A stretch of DNA of 64,000 nucleotides from Actinocrinis sp. (GTDB lineage: Bacteria > Actinomycetota > Actinomycetes > Streptomycetales > Catenulisporaceae). The stretch is from contig NZ_DASRGV010000061.1 of NCBI RefSeq assembly GCF_035650855.1, forward strand, positions 299 to 64,298, read 5' to 3'. The notes beneath the pieces were generated by a model. That model was not told where the DNA came from. It saw nothing but the letters and a program-made list of their open reading frames with translations, and ran no database searches. Positions 19,837 to 29,442 of the stretch are shown piece after piece; the first letter of the stretch is position 1, and every line of letters starts with the position of its first letter. Made by a program: the position numbers and the translations under genes.

Positions 19837-22494
19837 TCAGGGATAGCTGGTCACGTTGACCGGGGTGGTGTTGGACGGTGTGGCGCCTCCCGTGCCGTTG
19901 ATCACGTGCTCGATCACGCCGACCCCGCCGAGCGAGACGGTCAGCAGGTCGTGGAACTGCACGCCGGAGGTGGAGGGCGCCTCGAAGGCGTGGTCGTTGA
20001 CCACCGCCGGATTGACGTTGAAGTAGCAGTAGCTGCCCATGCCGTACGCCTGGTGGCTGGTGACCCCGGGCGCGACCTCATAGGCCGCGTAGCCGTTGGT
20101 CGAGCCGTTCATCCAGGCGGCCTGGTTCGGCGGGTCGTACGGGTTCTCGTTCTGGAAGAAGATCGTCTCGCCGCCGTTGCCGTTCCACTGCACCTCGTAG
20201 TTCTGGTAGTGCTCGACGAACAGGCCGGTCGCCAGCACGTTGTCGCCGTTCACGACCAGTCCGTGCGCCGCGGTGTTCGTGGTCCAGCCGACCGTGCCGC
20301 CGTTGCCGTGGTCGGCCCGCCAGGCCCAGATGTCATTGATCAGGGTGTTGTCGGCGTTGACGATCAGGCTGTTGGTGGCCTTGCCGGCGATGTCGCCGCC
20401 GATCCGGAAGAACACGTCCTGGATCGAGTCCGGGTTGGCCGCGTGGCTCACGGTCGAGCCCTGCGTCCCGACGGTCAGCAGCGCGTTGGAGTTGGTGGTG
20501 CCGGCGTCCAGCAGCAGGCCGTCGAGACGCACCCCGTCGACGTCGGCCACGTGGATCGTGTCGACGCCGTTGACCGGGATCAGGGTCGGGAAGCCGAGGC
20601 CCATCACCACGGTGTTCGGGTTGTTGACCTGGAGGGTCTGGTCGATGTTGTACACGCCCGGGGTGAAGAACAGGCTGCAGCCCTGGGCGAGCGCCGCGTT
20701 CATCTGCGCCGCGGTGTTCGACGGGGTCACCACGAAGAACTGGCTCATCGGCACCGAGCTGCCCGGCGTCGGGCCGCTGTTCCAGCTCGGACCCGAGGCG
20801 TTGGTGCGCAGCGAGGGCAGGAACACGTGGTAGCCGCCCGCCGAGTCGACGTACAGGTAGGGCACGTCGCGGGAGACCGGCGTGGTGGCCAGCGTGGTCA
20901 TCGGCGGGCTCGGGAAGCTCTGCGCCGGGGCGCCGTTCACGCCGGAGAACACCATGTTCCACACCGAGCCGCTCCAGCTGCCCAGGTTGCTGTCCTGGGT
21001 GTACCACTGCTGCTGCGACACGCTGGAGGCCTGGCCGGAGACCTTCGAGTCGGCGACGTAGCCGCCGCTGGCGTAGCCGTAGCTGGCCGGGTACATCTCA
21101 AGGCCGCCGTGCACGTCGACCCGGCGGAACGGGCCGGCCTGCGCCACCGCCCAGCGGTCGCTGCCGGAGGAGGGGTTGATGGCCAGGTTCTCCGCCGAGC
21201 GCCAGAAGTTCTGCGTGGCGTTGCCGGTGCCGTCGAAGGCGTCCACGGTGACGTCGCCGTTGATGGTCACGTCGTCGGGGTTCTGGCCGAGGCCCTGGAT
21301 CGAGGTGTAGTAGCCGATGTTGGCCTCGGCGCTGTAGGCGCCCGGCTTGAACAGCAGGGCGTAGCGCTGGGTGCCGAACTGGTTGAGCTTCTGGGTGTTG
21401 AACACCGAGTCCAGCGTGGACTGGATGCTGCTCGCGGACATGCTCGGGTCGAAGATGTCGACGTTCGGGCCGAAGTTCGGGGTGTTGGACTGGCCGGTGC
21501 AGCCGGGCGGCGGGCCGCCGGTGCTGCTGGAGGAGGGAGAGGGCGAGGGGCTGCCGGTGCCGCTGCCGGTGAATACGCCGAACTCCCAGAGCGAGTAGCC
21601 GTACGGGGTCGCGCGCGTCGTGCCGTACATGCGGATGTAGCGGCCTGATCCGCTGACGTTGAGGGTCTGGGTGCCGCCGGCTCCGGTGGTGGTGGAGTAG
21701 ATCGAGGTCCAGGTGCTCGCGTCGTTCGAGGTCTGGATCTGGAATGCGCTCGCGTACGCGGCCTCCCAGTTCAGCGAGACCTGGCAGATGGACTGGGTGC
21801 TGCCCAGGTCTACCTGCAGCCACTGCGGGTCGCTGAACGCGGAGGACCAGCGGGTGCCGGTGTTGCCGTCCACGGCGTTGGAGGCGGGGAAGGTCGCGTT
21901 CTCCAGCGAGGAGGCGGTCGCGGGCTTGCCCAGCGCGGCGTCGGAGGTGCCGCAGCCGCCGCCTGCGCCGAGGGTTCCGTAGACCTGGAACTCCCAGAGC
22001 GAGTAGCCGTAGCCGGTCGCGCGGGCGGTGCCGTACATGCGCACGTAGCGGCCGGTGCCGGTGATGTTGAGGGTCTGGGTGCCGCCGGTTCCGGTGGTGG
22101 TGGAGTAGATCGAGGTCCAGGTGCTCGCGTCGTTCGAGGTCTGGATCTGGAACGAGGTCGCGTAGGCGGCCTCCCACTGGAGCACGACCTGGCTGATCGA
22201 CGCGCTCTGGCCGAGGTCGACCTGGAGCCACTGCGGGTCGCTGAACGCCGAGGACCAGCGGGTGCCGGTGTTGCCGTCGGTGGCGTTCGAGGCCGGATAC
22301 GCGGCGCTCTCCAGCGACGAGGCCGTGGTCGGCTTGCCCTGGGAGAGCAGGGTCGGCGCTGCGTGCGCCGCGGTGGTGGACGCGACCAGCGCGTACACGG
22401 TCAGGCTCAGGGCCGCGACCACCGCGGCGGCGGCCCTGGCCCAGCGCGGTAGAGGTCTCCGAGGCGCTAACGCGCCGGAGGAGCGTGCCTTCAT
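19837..22494 (-). CDS. Secreted beta-1,3-glucanase: two F5/8 type C (CBM32) domains plus a GH55-like catalytic domain
   Basis: Signal peptide; 2x (GKP.TASS..NA.DGNTGTRWSSAFSDPQWLQVDLG...WEAAYA...YSLWEF); FGPNV, QFGTQRYALLFKPG, NFWRSAEN, WAWRADHG, EHYQ and FFQNENPYD. Confidence 0.88.
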   Translation of the reverse strand: MKARSSGALAPRRPLPRWARAAAAVVAALSLTVYALVASTTAAHAAPTLLSQGKPTTASSLESAAYPASNATDGNTGTRWSSAFSDPQWLQVDLGQSASISQVVLQWEAAYATSFQIQTSNDASTWTSIYSTTTGTGGTQTLNITGTGRYVRMYGTARATGYGYSLWEFQVYGTLGAGGGCGTSDAALGKPATASSLENATFPASNAVDGNTGTRWSSAFSDPQWLQVDLGSTQSICQVSLNWEAAYASAFQIQTSNDASTWTSIYSTTTGAGGTQTLNVSGSGRYIRMYGTTRATPYGYSLWEFGVFTGSGTGSPSPSPSSSSTGGPPPGCTGQSNTPNFGPNVDIFDPSMSASSIQSTLDSVFNTQKLNQFGTQRYALLFKPGAYSAEANIGYYTSIQGLGQNPDDVTINGDVTVDAFDGTGNATQNFWRSAENLAINPSSGSDRWAVAQAGPFRRVDVHGGLEMYPASYGYASGGYVADSKVSGQASSVSQQQWYTQDSNLGSWSGSVWNMVFSGVNGAPAQSFPSPPMTTLATTPVSRDVPYLYVDSAGGYHVFLPSLRTNASGPSWNSGPTPGSSVPMSQFFVVTPSNTAAQMNAALAQGCSLFFTPGVYNIDQTLQVNNPNTVVMGLGFPTLIPVNGVDTIHVADVDGVRLDGLLLDAGTTNSNALLTVGTQGSTVSHAANPDSIQDVFFRIGGDIAGKATNSLIVNADNTLINDIWAWRADHGNGGTVGWTTNTAAHGLVVNGDNVLATGLFVEHYQNYEVQWNGNGGETIFFQNENPYDPPNQAAWMNGSTNGYAAYEVAPGVTSHQAYGMGSYCYFNVNPAVVNDHAFEAPSTSGVQFHDLLTVSLGGVGVIEHVINGTGGATPSNTTPVNVTSYP

Positions 22495-22567
22495 TGGCGT
22501 CTCCAGCTTCACCGGGGGAGGTGTGGGTGGTGGGTGGCTTGCTTCGAGCGCGGAGTCCGGGCGGTTC

Positions 22568-22619
22568 GGAGAGCGCTCTCCAAGATGGGATAGTCGCGCC
22601 CGGGTTTCCGGCGTGTCAA
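22568..22619 (-). promoter_or_regulatory. GH55 promoter (TTGACA-N18-GACTAT) followed by the LacI-type palindrome GGAGAGCGCTCTCC (22568-22581)
   Basis: Perfect 14-bp palindrome with central CG, similar to the Streptomyces CebR box TGGGAGCGCTCCCA, positioned just downstream of the predicted start site. Confidence 0.75.
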
Positions 22620-22696
22620 GGGTCTCGCACAGTTCCGGAACGGAGCGGGTCGCCAGCTCAAGATCGGATGCCCGCGGTGCCGACCGCCCGGAGGGG

Positions 22697-22753
22697 TTGA
22701 CAGCGCAGGTGGCTGGGCGTAGAAATCTGCTCACTAGGAGAGCGCTCTCCTAG
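22697..22753 (+). promoter_or_regulatory. Divergent promoter-like element (TTGACA-N17-TAGAAA) followed by the 20-bp palindrome CTAGGAGAGCGCTCTCCTAG (22734-22753)
   Basis: Mirror image of the GH55 promoter/operator arrangement; the -10 match is imperfect. Confidence 0.6.
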
Positions 22754-22810
22754 CGCGGACGGGCAAGGTCGCGAGAGAACCCGCCTATCACTGCATTGCC
22801 ACCCGAAACA

Positions 22811-22849
22811 CGTCCGCCGGCGGCCCCGGTCCGAGGCCGCCGGCGGACG
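22811..22849. terminator. Strong hairpin between the divergent promoter and the 3' end of the C1 peptidase gene
   Basis: CGTCCGCCGGCGGCC-N9-GGCCGCCGGCGGACG (15-bp stem). Confidence 0.8.
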
Positions 22850-22889
22850 CCGGTGTGTCAGTATTCAGATTCAGGCCGCCGGCGGTGCG

Positions 22890-23690
22890 CTACGAGATGA
22901 GGCGCACGGTCCAGAAGTCCGAGGCGAGGCCGGGCTCGGTCAGATACGCGTACGGCAGGGTGAAGTAGCCGCCCTTGCCCCACTCCGGCCCCCACGAGTT
23001 GCGCACCAGGAAACGCCCGGTGGCGTCGTCGTACCCGGCCGCCAGCACCGCGTGCCCGCCGAGGGCCTGCTCGCCCGCGCTGGGCATCGGCGCGTCCCCG
23101 CTCTGCGCCACCGCCTGGCTCTCGAAGCTCTCGTAGACGGTGAAGCCGAACACGAACGGGAACCCCTCGGCCAGGCAGCCCTTGAGCTGCTCGATCGAGC
23201 GCAGCACCCGGCGGTAGGAGAGCGCCTTGGTCTTGAGCGCGTCCTCGTAGCAGTTCTGCGACGGCCGCTGCCCGGCGCGCGCCTGCGGCGGCCATGCCCC
23301 GCCGTCCGTGGCCGGAGGCGTGTCGTCGTAAGGCCACTGGGCCTCCGGGCACACCCCGAGCGAGGCGATCGACTTGATGCCGTCGCGGATCTGGGCCCCG
23401 GAGTCGTACTCCACGTGGCCCTCGGCCGCCCGCTCGTTGTAGTAGATGAACAGCCGCGACGGCACGAAGTCCGGCAGCTGCTGGCGCAGCAGCTCGAATT
23501 CGACCGCGGCGGCGATGGAGTTCGCGGTGCAGCTGCCGATCTTGCCCTGGTCGTAGACCGCGGGCAGCTGCGGGCGCAGGTCCACCTGCGGCGGCGGGTT
23601 GACCAGGCCGAGGTGCGGCGCGGAATACACGTGGTCGCGCGCGTCCGGCAGGTCCGGCACCCAGCCGTAGCGGGAAACGGTTCGTCCCAT
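22890..23690 (-). CDS. Papain-like C1 family cysteine peptidase (xylellain-like)
   Basis: YGWVPDLPD.RD, QGKIGSCTANS (catalytic Cys), SRLFIYYNER, GGHAV (His) and RNSWG (Asn). Confidence 0.93.
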   Translation of the reverse strand: MGRTVSRYGWVPDLPDARDHVYSAPHLGLVNPPPQVDLRPQLPAVYDQGKIGSCTANSIAAAVEFELLRQQLPDFVPSRLFIYYNERAAEGHVEYDSGAQIRDGIKSIASLGVCPEAQWPYDDTPPATDGGAWPPQARAGQRPSQNCYEDALKTKALSYRRVLRSIEQLKGCLAEGFPFVFGFTVYESFESQAVAQSGDAPMPSAGEQALGGHAVLAAGYDDATGRFLVRNSWGPEWGKGGYFTLPYAYLTEPGLASDFWTVRLIS

Positions 23691-23858
23691 GAATGGCTCC
23701 CCCCATTCGGAAGGCGGCGCGCCCTGGTGTGCCGGCCGCACTGCCGCGCCGGTCCCACCGCGGGGGATCTCCCCACCCCCGCGCGGGCCCCGAACGCCGC
23801 CTGAATCCGAGAGTAACCCTGCAGTGGCGCTACGTACAGGCGTTTCGTCGGATTCACC

Positions 23859-25445
23859 TCAGAGGGTGCGGTTTTGGATCTTCGTGTCGAATCGCCCGTC
23901 CTCGACCGGCCAGCTGTCGCTGATGCGCAGCCCTTCGACCCCGCTGAGGGAGAAGGTCGGCACCCCGCGCGCCTTCTCGGCGCGCACGTGGTGGAAGTCG
24001 GCGCCGTTCACGTCGGCGAGCGCGAACGCCGGGCGGGTGTCCTGCTGCTCGAACGCCACCGTCACGTCGTCGAAGGCGATGTCCGAGACGTGCCGCACGT
24101 AGAACCCGTACGCGGGCAGCGTGCCGAACATGTAGTTCTCGGGATAGGCGTTGACGAGCTCCGGCACCGGGTTGACCGCGGCGGCCGGGGTCAAGCCGCC
24201 GACCATGATGTGACGCAGGCCGCTGATGCGCACGTCCTCGATCGGGTGGTCCGGGATGCCGGCGATCGTCGAGGGGTATCTCGGGTCGGCGTCGATCACG
24301 GTCACGTCGCTGATGCTCACCCGCCGCAGGCTGCCGATCGCCAGGCCGGCCGGTCCGCGCATGCGCGCGCCGAGCCGCATGAAGATCGGGGTCTGCACGC
24401 CGCGCATGGTCAGGTTGCTGATCGTCACGTCCTGCAGCAGCGCGCCGTCCACGGTCTCCAGCGCCAGGCCGCGGCAGTGCTCGAAGACGACGTTGGAGAT
24501 GGCGATGTTCTGGAAGCCGCCGTTGGACTCGGTGCCGCACTTGAGCCGGCCGGTGCGCCCGTACGGCCCGACCTTGAACGTGCCGTCCACGTACGTGCCC
24601 AGGTCGTAGCCGCTGACCATGCAGTTGTCGATGTACACGTTCTCGGTGGAGCGCGCCTCGTTCAGCGCGTAGGAGCTCTTGAGCACGATCGCGTCGTCGT
24701 TGGGCGAGTTGACCACGGTGTTGGAGATCCGCACGTTCTTGCAGCAGTCGATGTCGATGCCGTCCCGGTTGGTGTCGATGACCAGCCCGTCGATGCGGAA
24801 GTTGTCCACCCCGGTCGGCAGGATGCAGAAGTGGCCGCCGTTGACCATCGTCACGTCGTAGATCCCGACGTTGCGGCACAGCTTGAGCGCGATGGCCTTG
24901 TTGCCCTGCAGCGGCGCGGACTCCTTGCTGCCGCCGCTGACCAGGCCCTTGCCGTCGATGGTGCCGGGGCCGTAGATGGTGACGTTCTGCAGGTTCTCGC
25001 CCCAGATCAGGCTGTTGTGCCAGTGGCTGTGCCCATAGTCCTGATACGGGTTGCCCGCGCCGGGCTCGGCGGGGTCGTAGCCCTGGGTCGCGGTGGGCGC
25101 GGCCGCCAGGATCCGCGAGCCGTTGGCCAGGTAGAGCGCCACGTTGCTGGCTAGGCGGATCGAGTAGCTGGCGTAGGTTCCGGCGGGGAAGTAGACGGTG
25201 CCGCCCGCGCCGTTGTTGTGCGCCGCGGCCGCGGTGATCGCGCGGTTGATCGCGTCGCTGTCGATCGTGCTCCCGTCTCCGGTCGCACCGAAGGCGGTCA
25301 CGTCGAAGACGTCGCTCAGGCCTGGGGCGGGGGCCGGGGCGGAGGCGGCGCGGGCGCCGGCCGCGCCGGCGAGGGGCAGGGCGGCTCCGGTCGCGCCCGC
25401 CGCGCCGAACGCGACGAGCCTGCGGCGGCTGACCGGGTTGGACAT
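23859..25445 (-). CDS. Tat-exported GH28-like (pectin lyase fold) glycoside hydrolase
   Basis: SRRRLVAFG twin-Arg signal; FGATGDG, FPAGTY, NRDGID, NDDAIVLKS and RLKCGTESNGG motifs. Confidence 0.85.
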   Translation of the reverse strand: MSNPVSRRRLVAFGAAGATGAALPLAGAAGARAASAPAPAPGLSDVFDVTAFGATGDGSTIDSDAINRAITAAAAHNNGAGGTVYFPAGTYASYSIRLASNVALYLANGSRILAAAPTATQGYDPAEPGAGNPYQDYGHSHWHNSLIWGENLQNVTIYGPGTIDGKGLVSGGSKESAPLQGNKAIALKLCRNVGIYDVTMVNGGHFCILPTGVDNFRIDGLVIDTNRDGIDIDCCKNVRISNTVVNSPNDDAIVLKSSYALNEARSTENVYIDNCMVSGYDLGTYVDGTFKVGPYGRTGRLKCGTESNGGFQNIAISNVVFEHCRGLALETVDGALLQDVTISNLTMRGVQTPIFMRLGARMRGPAGLAIGSLRRVSISDVTVIDADPRYPSTIAGIPDHPIEDVRISGLRHIMVGGLTPAAAVNPVPELVNAYPENYMFGTLPAYGFYVRHVSDIAFDDVTVAFEQQDTRPAFALADVNGADFHHVRAEKARGVPTFSLSGVEGLRISDSWPVEDGRFDTKIQNRTL

Positions 25446-25623
25446 GACGTCTCCCTTCGGTGATCTGCACGGCTTTGTGCGCAGACCACTTAAGGTGAGA
25501 TCCGATCTCTTGTCCACGACCAAGGTCGCGGACTGGACGCGCTCACCGCGGTCTCGGCCCATGTTTCCGCAGCCCGAAGCCGCTATGGCGGACAGCGCGG
25601 AAGGGGCGCGCTCACGATCATTT

Positions 25624-25634
25624 ACATCGGATGT
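25624..25634. promoter_or_regulatory. Palindromic motif ACATC-G-GATGT upstream of the GH28-like gene
   Basis: An identical 11-mer occurs at 38149-38159; a degenerate copy GAGATCCGATCTC is at 25497-25509. Confidence 0.55.
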
Positions 25635-25671
25635 TTCACTGCTCGCCCTGAGCCGCGCGGCTGACCAGGCG

Positions 25672-26325
25672 TCAGATGTGGCGCACGGCCGCTGCGGTGG
25701 AGGCGGCCCAGGCCGCGGCCACCACGATGAGCGCGATGGGCAGCGCGGCGAGCGGGTAGTGCGGCGCGGCGCCGTTCGCCGTCGTCAGGGCCCGGATGCC
25801 CATCGCGGCGGGGGAGAAGCGGGCCACCAGCAGGCCGAGCGCGAGCAGGCCGGCCAGCAGCACGCCCCAGCCGGCGGCCGGGACCAGCGGCGGAGCGGAG
25901 AGCACCCCGGCCGCGGTGCCGAGCAGCACGCAGACCAGTTCCGTGCTCAGGCCGGTGAGAAGGGTCGAACCGCTGCCGGGTAGCGCACCGGTGGCGGCCG
26001 CGACGACGGCGCCGACCAGTGCGCACAGCAGGCCGTAGCCGGTCGCGGCGCACAGGGCGGCGAGGCGGGCGCGCACCGGACCGGCCACGGTCGCGGTGAT
26101 CGCGGCGGCCTCGGCGGGTTCGGTGGTCAGGATCGCGCGGGTGAGCCAGGCGCTCACCGGCAGCAGGAAGGCGGCGCTGTAGGCGAACGCGTCCGCCGCG
26201 CTGTCGCCGCCCGCCGAGTCGATGGCCAGCGCGATCGCGTAGAAGAGCACGGGCGGCAGCCAGCGCTGCGAGCGGGCGAGCAGGACGACGTAGTAGCGCG
26301 CGACGGCGGCGTCACGGGTCGTCAC
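25672..26325 (-). CDS. ABC transporter membrane subunit
   Basis: GTG start overlaps the ATPase stop (GTGA), GGAGG RBS; about 6 hydrophobic helices. Confidence 0.8.
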   Translation of the reverse strand: MTTRDAAVARYYVVLLARSQRWLPPVLFYAIALAIDSAGGDSAADAFAYSAAFLLPVSAWLTRAILTTEPAEAAAITATVAGPVRARLAALCAATGYGLLCALVGAVVAAATGALPGSGSTLLTGLSTELVCVLLGTAAGVLSAPPLVPAAGWGVLLAGLLALGLLVARFSPAAMGIRALTTANGAAPHYPLAALPIALIVVAAAWAASTAAAVRHI

Positions 26326-27281
26326 GGCTGCCTCCTGCTCTGCTGCGGCACCGAAGCCCTTGGAATCGCAGACTGCTGATGCTCGGTTCGGCCGCGCTCG
26401 CCCTGCTTGGGCACGGACTGCTGCCCTTGCTTCGCGCCCTGCTGTTGCTGCTTGGCCGCCTCGACCGCCCGGCCGTCCACCGTGCGCACCGACAGCACGT
26501 GGATTCCCCGGTGCGCCGAGAGGATCTCGTGCAGCAGCCGGTCCGAGCCGTCCGGCTCGACCTCGATGCGCAGCACGTCGTCGGCCAGCACCCGGCCGCG
26601 GCCGGGACCGGGCCACGGATCCGGCGCGTTCTCCAGGTCGATGAGCACCAGCGGCAGCTCGAAGTCGACCGCGGAGGCCTGGTGCAGCAGCCCGTCGCGC
26701 AGCACGTAGGCCGCGGTCGCGTCGTCGGCGAGCCGCTGCGGGTCGTGGTCGACGAACACCACCCGGCCGCCGCGCCGCGTCGTCTCGCGGGCCACCTCGT
26801 CGAGCGTCTGCTGCCCGTACGCGTCCAGGCTGGTCCAGGCCTCGTCCAGGATCAGCAGGTCCGGCTCGGCCAGCAGCGCCTGGATGATCGCGATCTTCTG
26901 CGCGGTGCCGCGGGAGAGGTCGCCGATGCGGTGCTTGCGGTAGCTCAGCGCCTCGAACCGCTCCAGCCAGCCGAGCGCGCGTTCCTCGGCCGCCTCGCCG
27001 GAGAGCCCGTGGATCCGGCCGAAGTGCCGCAGGTAGTCGTTCGCCTTGAACGGCAGCGGCGGCAACTGCCCCGGCACGTACGCGACCCGGTTCGGGCGGT
27101 CGGTGATCGTGCCGCGGCCGGGCCGGTGCGCCCCCGCGATGATCCGCATGAGGGTGGATTTGCCGGAGCCGTTGTACCCGCCGATCCGCACCAGGTCGCC
27201 CGGTTGCACGTCGAGGTCGACTCGGCCGAGCACCCAGGGTGCCCGCCAGCCATAGCGATATCCGACTGCGCTCAGCCGCAT
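26322..27281 (-). CDS. ABC transporter ATP-binding protein with a Gln-rich C-terminal tail
   Basis: GYNGSGKST Walker A, LSRGTAQK signature variant, LLILDE Walker B, H-loop VDHD. Confidence 0.9.
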   Translation of the reverse strand: MRLSAVGYRYGWRAPWVLGRVDLDVQPGDLVRIGGYNGSGKSTLMRIIAGAHRPGRGTITDRPNRVAYVPGQLPPLPFKANDYLRHFGRIHGLSGEAAEERALGWLERFEALSYRKHRIGDLSRGTAQKIAIIQALLAEPDLLILDEAWTSLDAYGQQTLDEVARETTRRGGRVVFVDHDPQRLADDATAAYVLRDGLLHQASAVDFELPLVLIDLENAPDPWPGPGRGRVLADDVLRIEVEPDGSDRLLHEILSAHRGIHVLSVRTVDGRAVEAAKQQQQGAKQGQQSVPKQGERGRTEHQQSAIPRASVPQQSRRQP

Positions 27282-27410
27282 GCGGACACCCTAGCCGGAA
27301 CCCGGGCGGCTTCGTACAGGTCATTAGACAACCGTGACCATCGGGATCTGCCCGGCGCGAATGACAGGGTTCTGTTAACTCTGGCTTAGGGCTCGGCCGA
27401 GCGCGGCGGG

Positions 27411-27638
27411 TCAGCCCGCGGTGATCTCCTGCGCGACCACGTCGCCGCACGAGAAGCGGATCCACGGGCGCTGGTTGTGCTCGGACACGCCGCGGTCGCG
27501 CTGCTTGCCCTCGCCGCACACCGGGCACCGCCAGCCCTCGTCCGCGCGCTCGAAGCCGTGCCAGGAGCGTTCGAAGTCGGGGCCGTCCACCTCGTGGACG
27601 AGCACCGGCGGGTCGCTGGCCGTGAACGGGTCGAACAT
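27411..27638 (-). CDS. Small (75 aa) putative zinc-ribbon protein
   Basis: RBS AAGGA, ATG 24 nt after the permease stop; WRCPVCGEG...EHNQRPWIRFSCGD. Hidden at the end of the track ORF 27411..29213. Confidence 0.6.
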   Translation of the reverse strand: MFDPFTASDPPVLVHEVDGPDFERSWHGFERADEGWRCPVCGEGKQRDRGVSEHNQRPWIRFSCGDVVAQEITAG

Positions 27639-27661
27639 CTCGGTTTCCTTTCGAAGAGGCC

Positions 27662-29323
27662 TTATACGGGCTCGGTCATCGGTCCGGCGCCGGCTCCGCC
27701 GTCGGCGTCCGGCTCCTGGGCGTCGAGATCGGACGGCTGCCGCCAATAGTCGGCGGGGTGCGAGCGCAGGAACCGGACGGCCTCGGCCACGCCCCACACG
27801 TATCCGCCGGCGCCGATGAAGCCGACCGCGATCGAGTCCCACGGCTGCGCGATCCAGTCGCGGCCGCCGAAGCTGCCGAGCCAGGACATGAGCAGCACGG
27901 CGCAGACGTACACCACCAGCCACGCCCCGGCGCGCACGTCCACGCGCACCTGCCCGGGTGTGTGCCGGTTGCTGCGCGTGTTCCAGAGGTAGACGGCGAC
28001 CGCGACGGCCAGCAGCGGCAGCGCGATACGCAGGTTGGTCCACTTCGCCCAGTAGAGGATGAGCGTCGCCAGGACGAAGCCGATCGGCGCGAGCACCGAG
28101 GTGCCGCGGAACCAGACCGCGGCACGGGACGGTTCGGCGATCCGCAGCGCCGCCTGGCAGACCATGGTGATGGAGTACACGAACAGGCCCAGCTCGCTGG
28201 TGGCCTTGATGATGTCGTGCCAGCTGGGCAGCAGCAGCAGGAACGCCGCGCCGAGCACGAAGTTCAGCAGCAGCGCCCGGCGCGGCACGCCGGAGCCCGG
28301 GTGGATGGCCGCGAACCAGCGCGGAATCGACTCGTTCTTGCCCATCGCCCGCGCTTCCCGGCTGATCGCCGCGGTGAAGACCAGCGCCGAGCCGGAGGGC
28401 GAGAGGATCGCGTCCCCGTAGAGCACCCAGGACAGCCAGCCCAGGTTGAGCACCACCGCGAGCTGCGCGAACGGTGAGGTGAAGTCGATGCCGCCCCAGC
28501 CGTGCGCGAGGTGCGAGCCGGGCACCGCGGCGATGAAGGCGATCTGCAGGCCGATGTACAGCGCCATCGCGATCAGCAGGCCGACGATGATCGCGCGCGG
28601 CACGTCCCGGTGCGCGTTGCGGGCCTCGCCGGACAGGTCCAGCGGCGCCTGGAAGCCGGTGTAGGCGTAGATGACGCCCGCGGTCGAGATCGCGGAGAGC
28701 GCGGCCGAGTAGCCGTAGGGCGCGAAGCCGCCGTGGTCGGTGAAGTTCCCGCCGTGCCAGGAGGTCGCCAGCAGCACGACCATGGTCAGCGTCGGCACCA
28801 GCCACTTGATCAGGGACAGCGCGCCGTTGACCCGGCCGAGCAGCAGGATCCCGTACCAGTTGATCATCATGAAGACGACCATCAGCGCCAGCGCGATGAG
28901 CATTCCGGCCCAGGTCAGCCGGTTGTTGCGGTAGATCCCCGAGATGTGCTGCGAGGCGTACTGCACGACGACCGCCGACTCGCTGGGCGGGTTGGTGCAG
29001 TACGCGATCCAGATGCCCCAGCCGACGATGGTGGCGGCGAGCCGGCCGTTGGTGTGCAGCGGCCAGCGCACCAGCGCCCCGGACTCCGGGTGGGTCGAGC
29101 CGAGGTCCGCCATCACCAGCGCGATGACGAGGAACGCGATCCCGCCGATGCCCCAGGTCAGCACGGCCGCGGGCCCGGCGACCTGGGCGGCGTACAGCGC
29201 GCCCACCAGCCAACCGGACCCGATGACGCCGCTGAATCCGGCGGCGGTCAGATGCCAGAAGCCGAGATGCCGTTTGAGCAGGCGGTCCGGAGCGTACGTG
29301 GGCTGGAGGACGTCTTGGGCCAT
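27662..29323 (-). CDS. APC-family amino acid permease
   Basis: GVIGSGWL, HPESGALVRWP..TNG and YAYTGFQAP..LSGEARN motifs; more than 12 TM segments. Confidence 0.93.
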   Translation of the reverse strand: MAQDVLQPTYAPDRLLKRHLGFWHLTAAGFSGVIGSGWLVGALYAAQVAGPAAVLTWGIGGIAFLVIALVMADLGSTHPESGALVRWPLHTNGRLAATIVGWGIWIAYCTNPPSESAVVVQYASQHISGIYRNNRLTWAGMLIALALMVVFMMINWYGILLLGRVNGALSLIKWLVPTLTMVVLLATSWHGGNFTDHGGFAPYGYSAALSAISTAGVIYAYTGFQAPLDLSGEARNAHRDVPRAIIVGLLIAMALYIGLQIAFIAAVPGSHLAHGWGGIDFTSPFAQLAVVLNLGWLSWVLYGDAILSPSGSALVFTAAISREARAMGKNESIPRWFAAIHPGSGVPRRALLLNFVLGAAFLLLLPSWHDIIKATSELGLFVYSITMVCQAALRIAEPSRAAVWFRGTSVLAPIGFVLATLILYWAKWTNLRIALPLLAVAVAVYLWNTRSNRHTPGQVRVDVRAGAWLVVYVCAVLLMSWLGSFGGRDWIAQPWDSIAVGFIGAGGYVWGVAEAVRFLRSHPADYWRQPSDLDAQEPDADGGAGAGPMTEPV

Positions 29324-29442
29324 GGGCCTCGAAATACCACGTCGCGGCAGAATCAATCGGGTTTCAAATCAGCATTCACCGAGTAGTGGGTGTGGCTACA
29401 CGAGCCGAGCGGTCGTCGGCGGCCAGGTGCGGGAGGTTGCGT

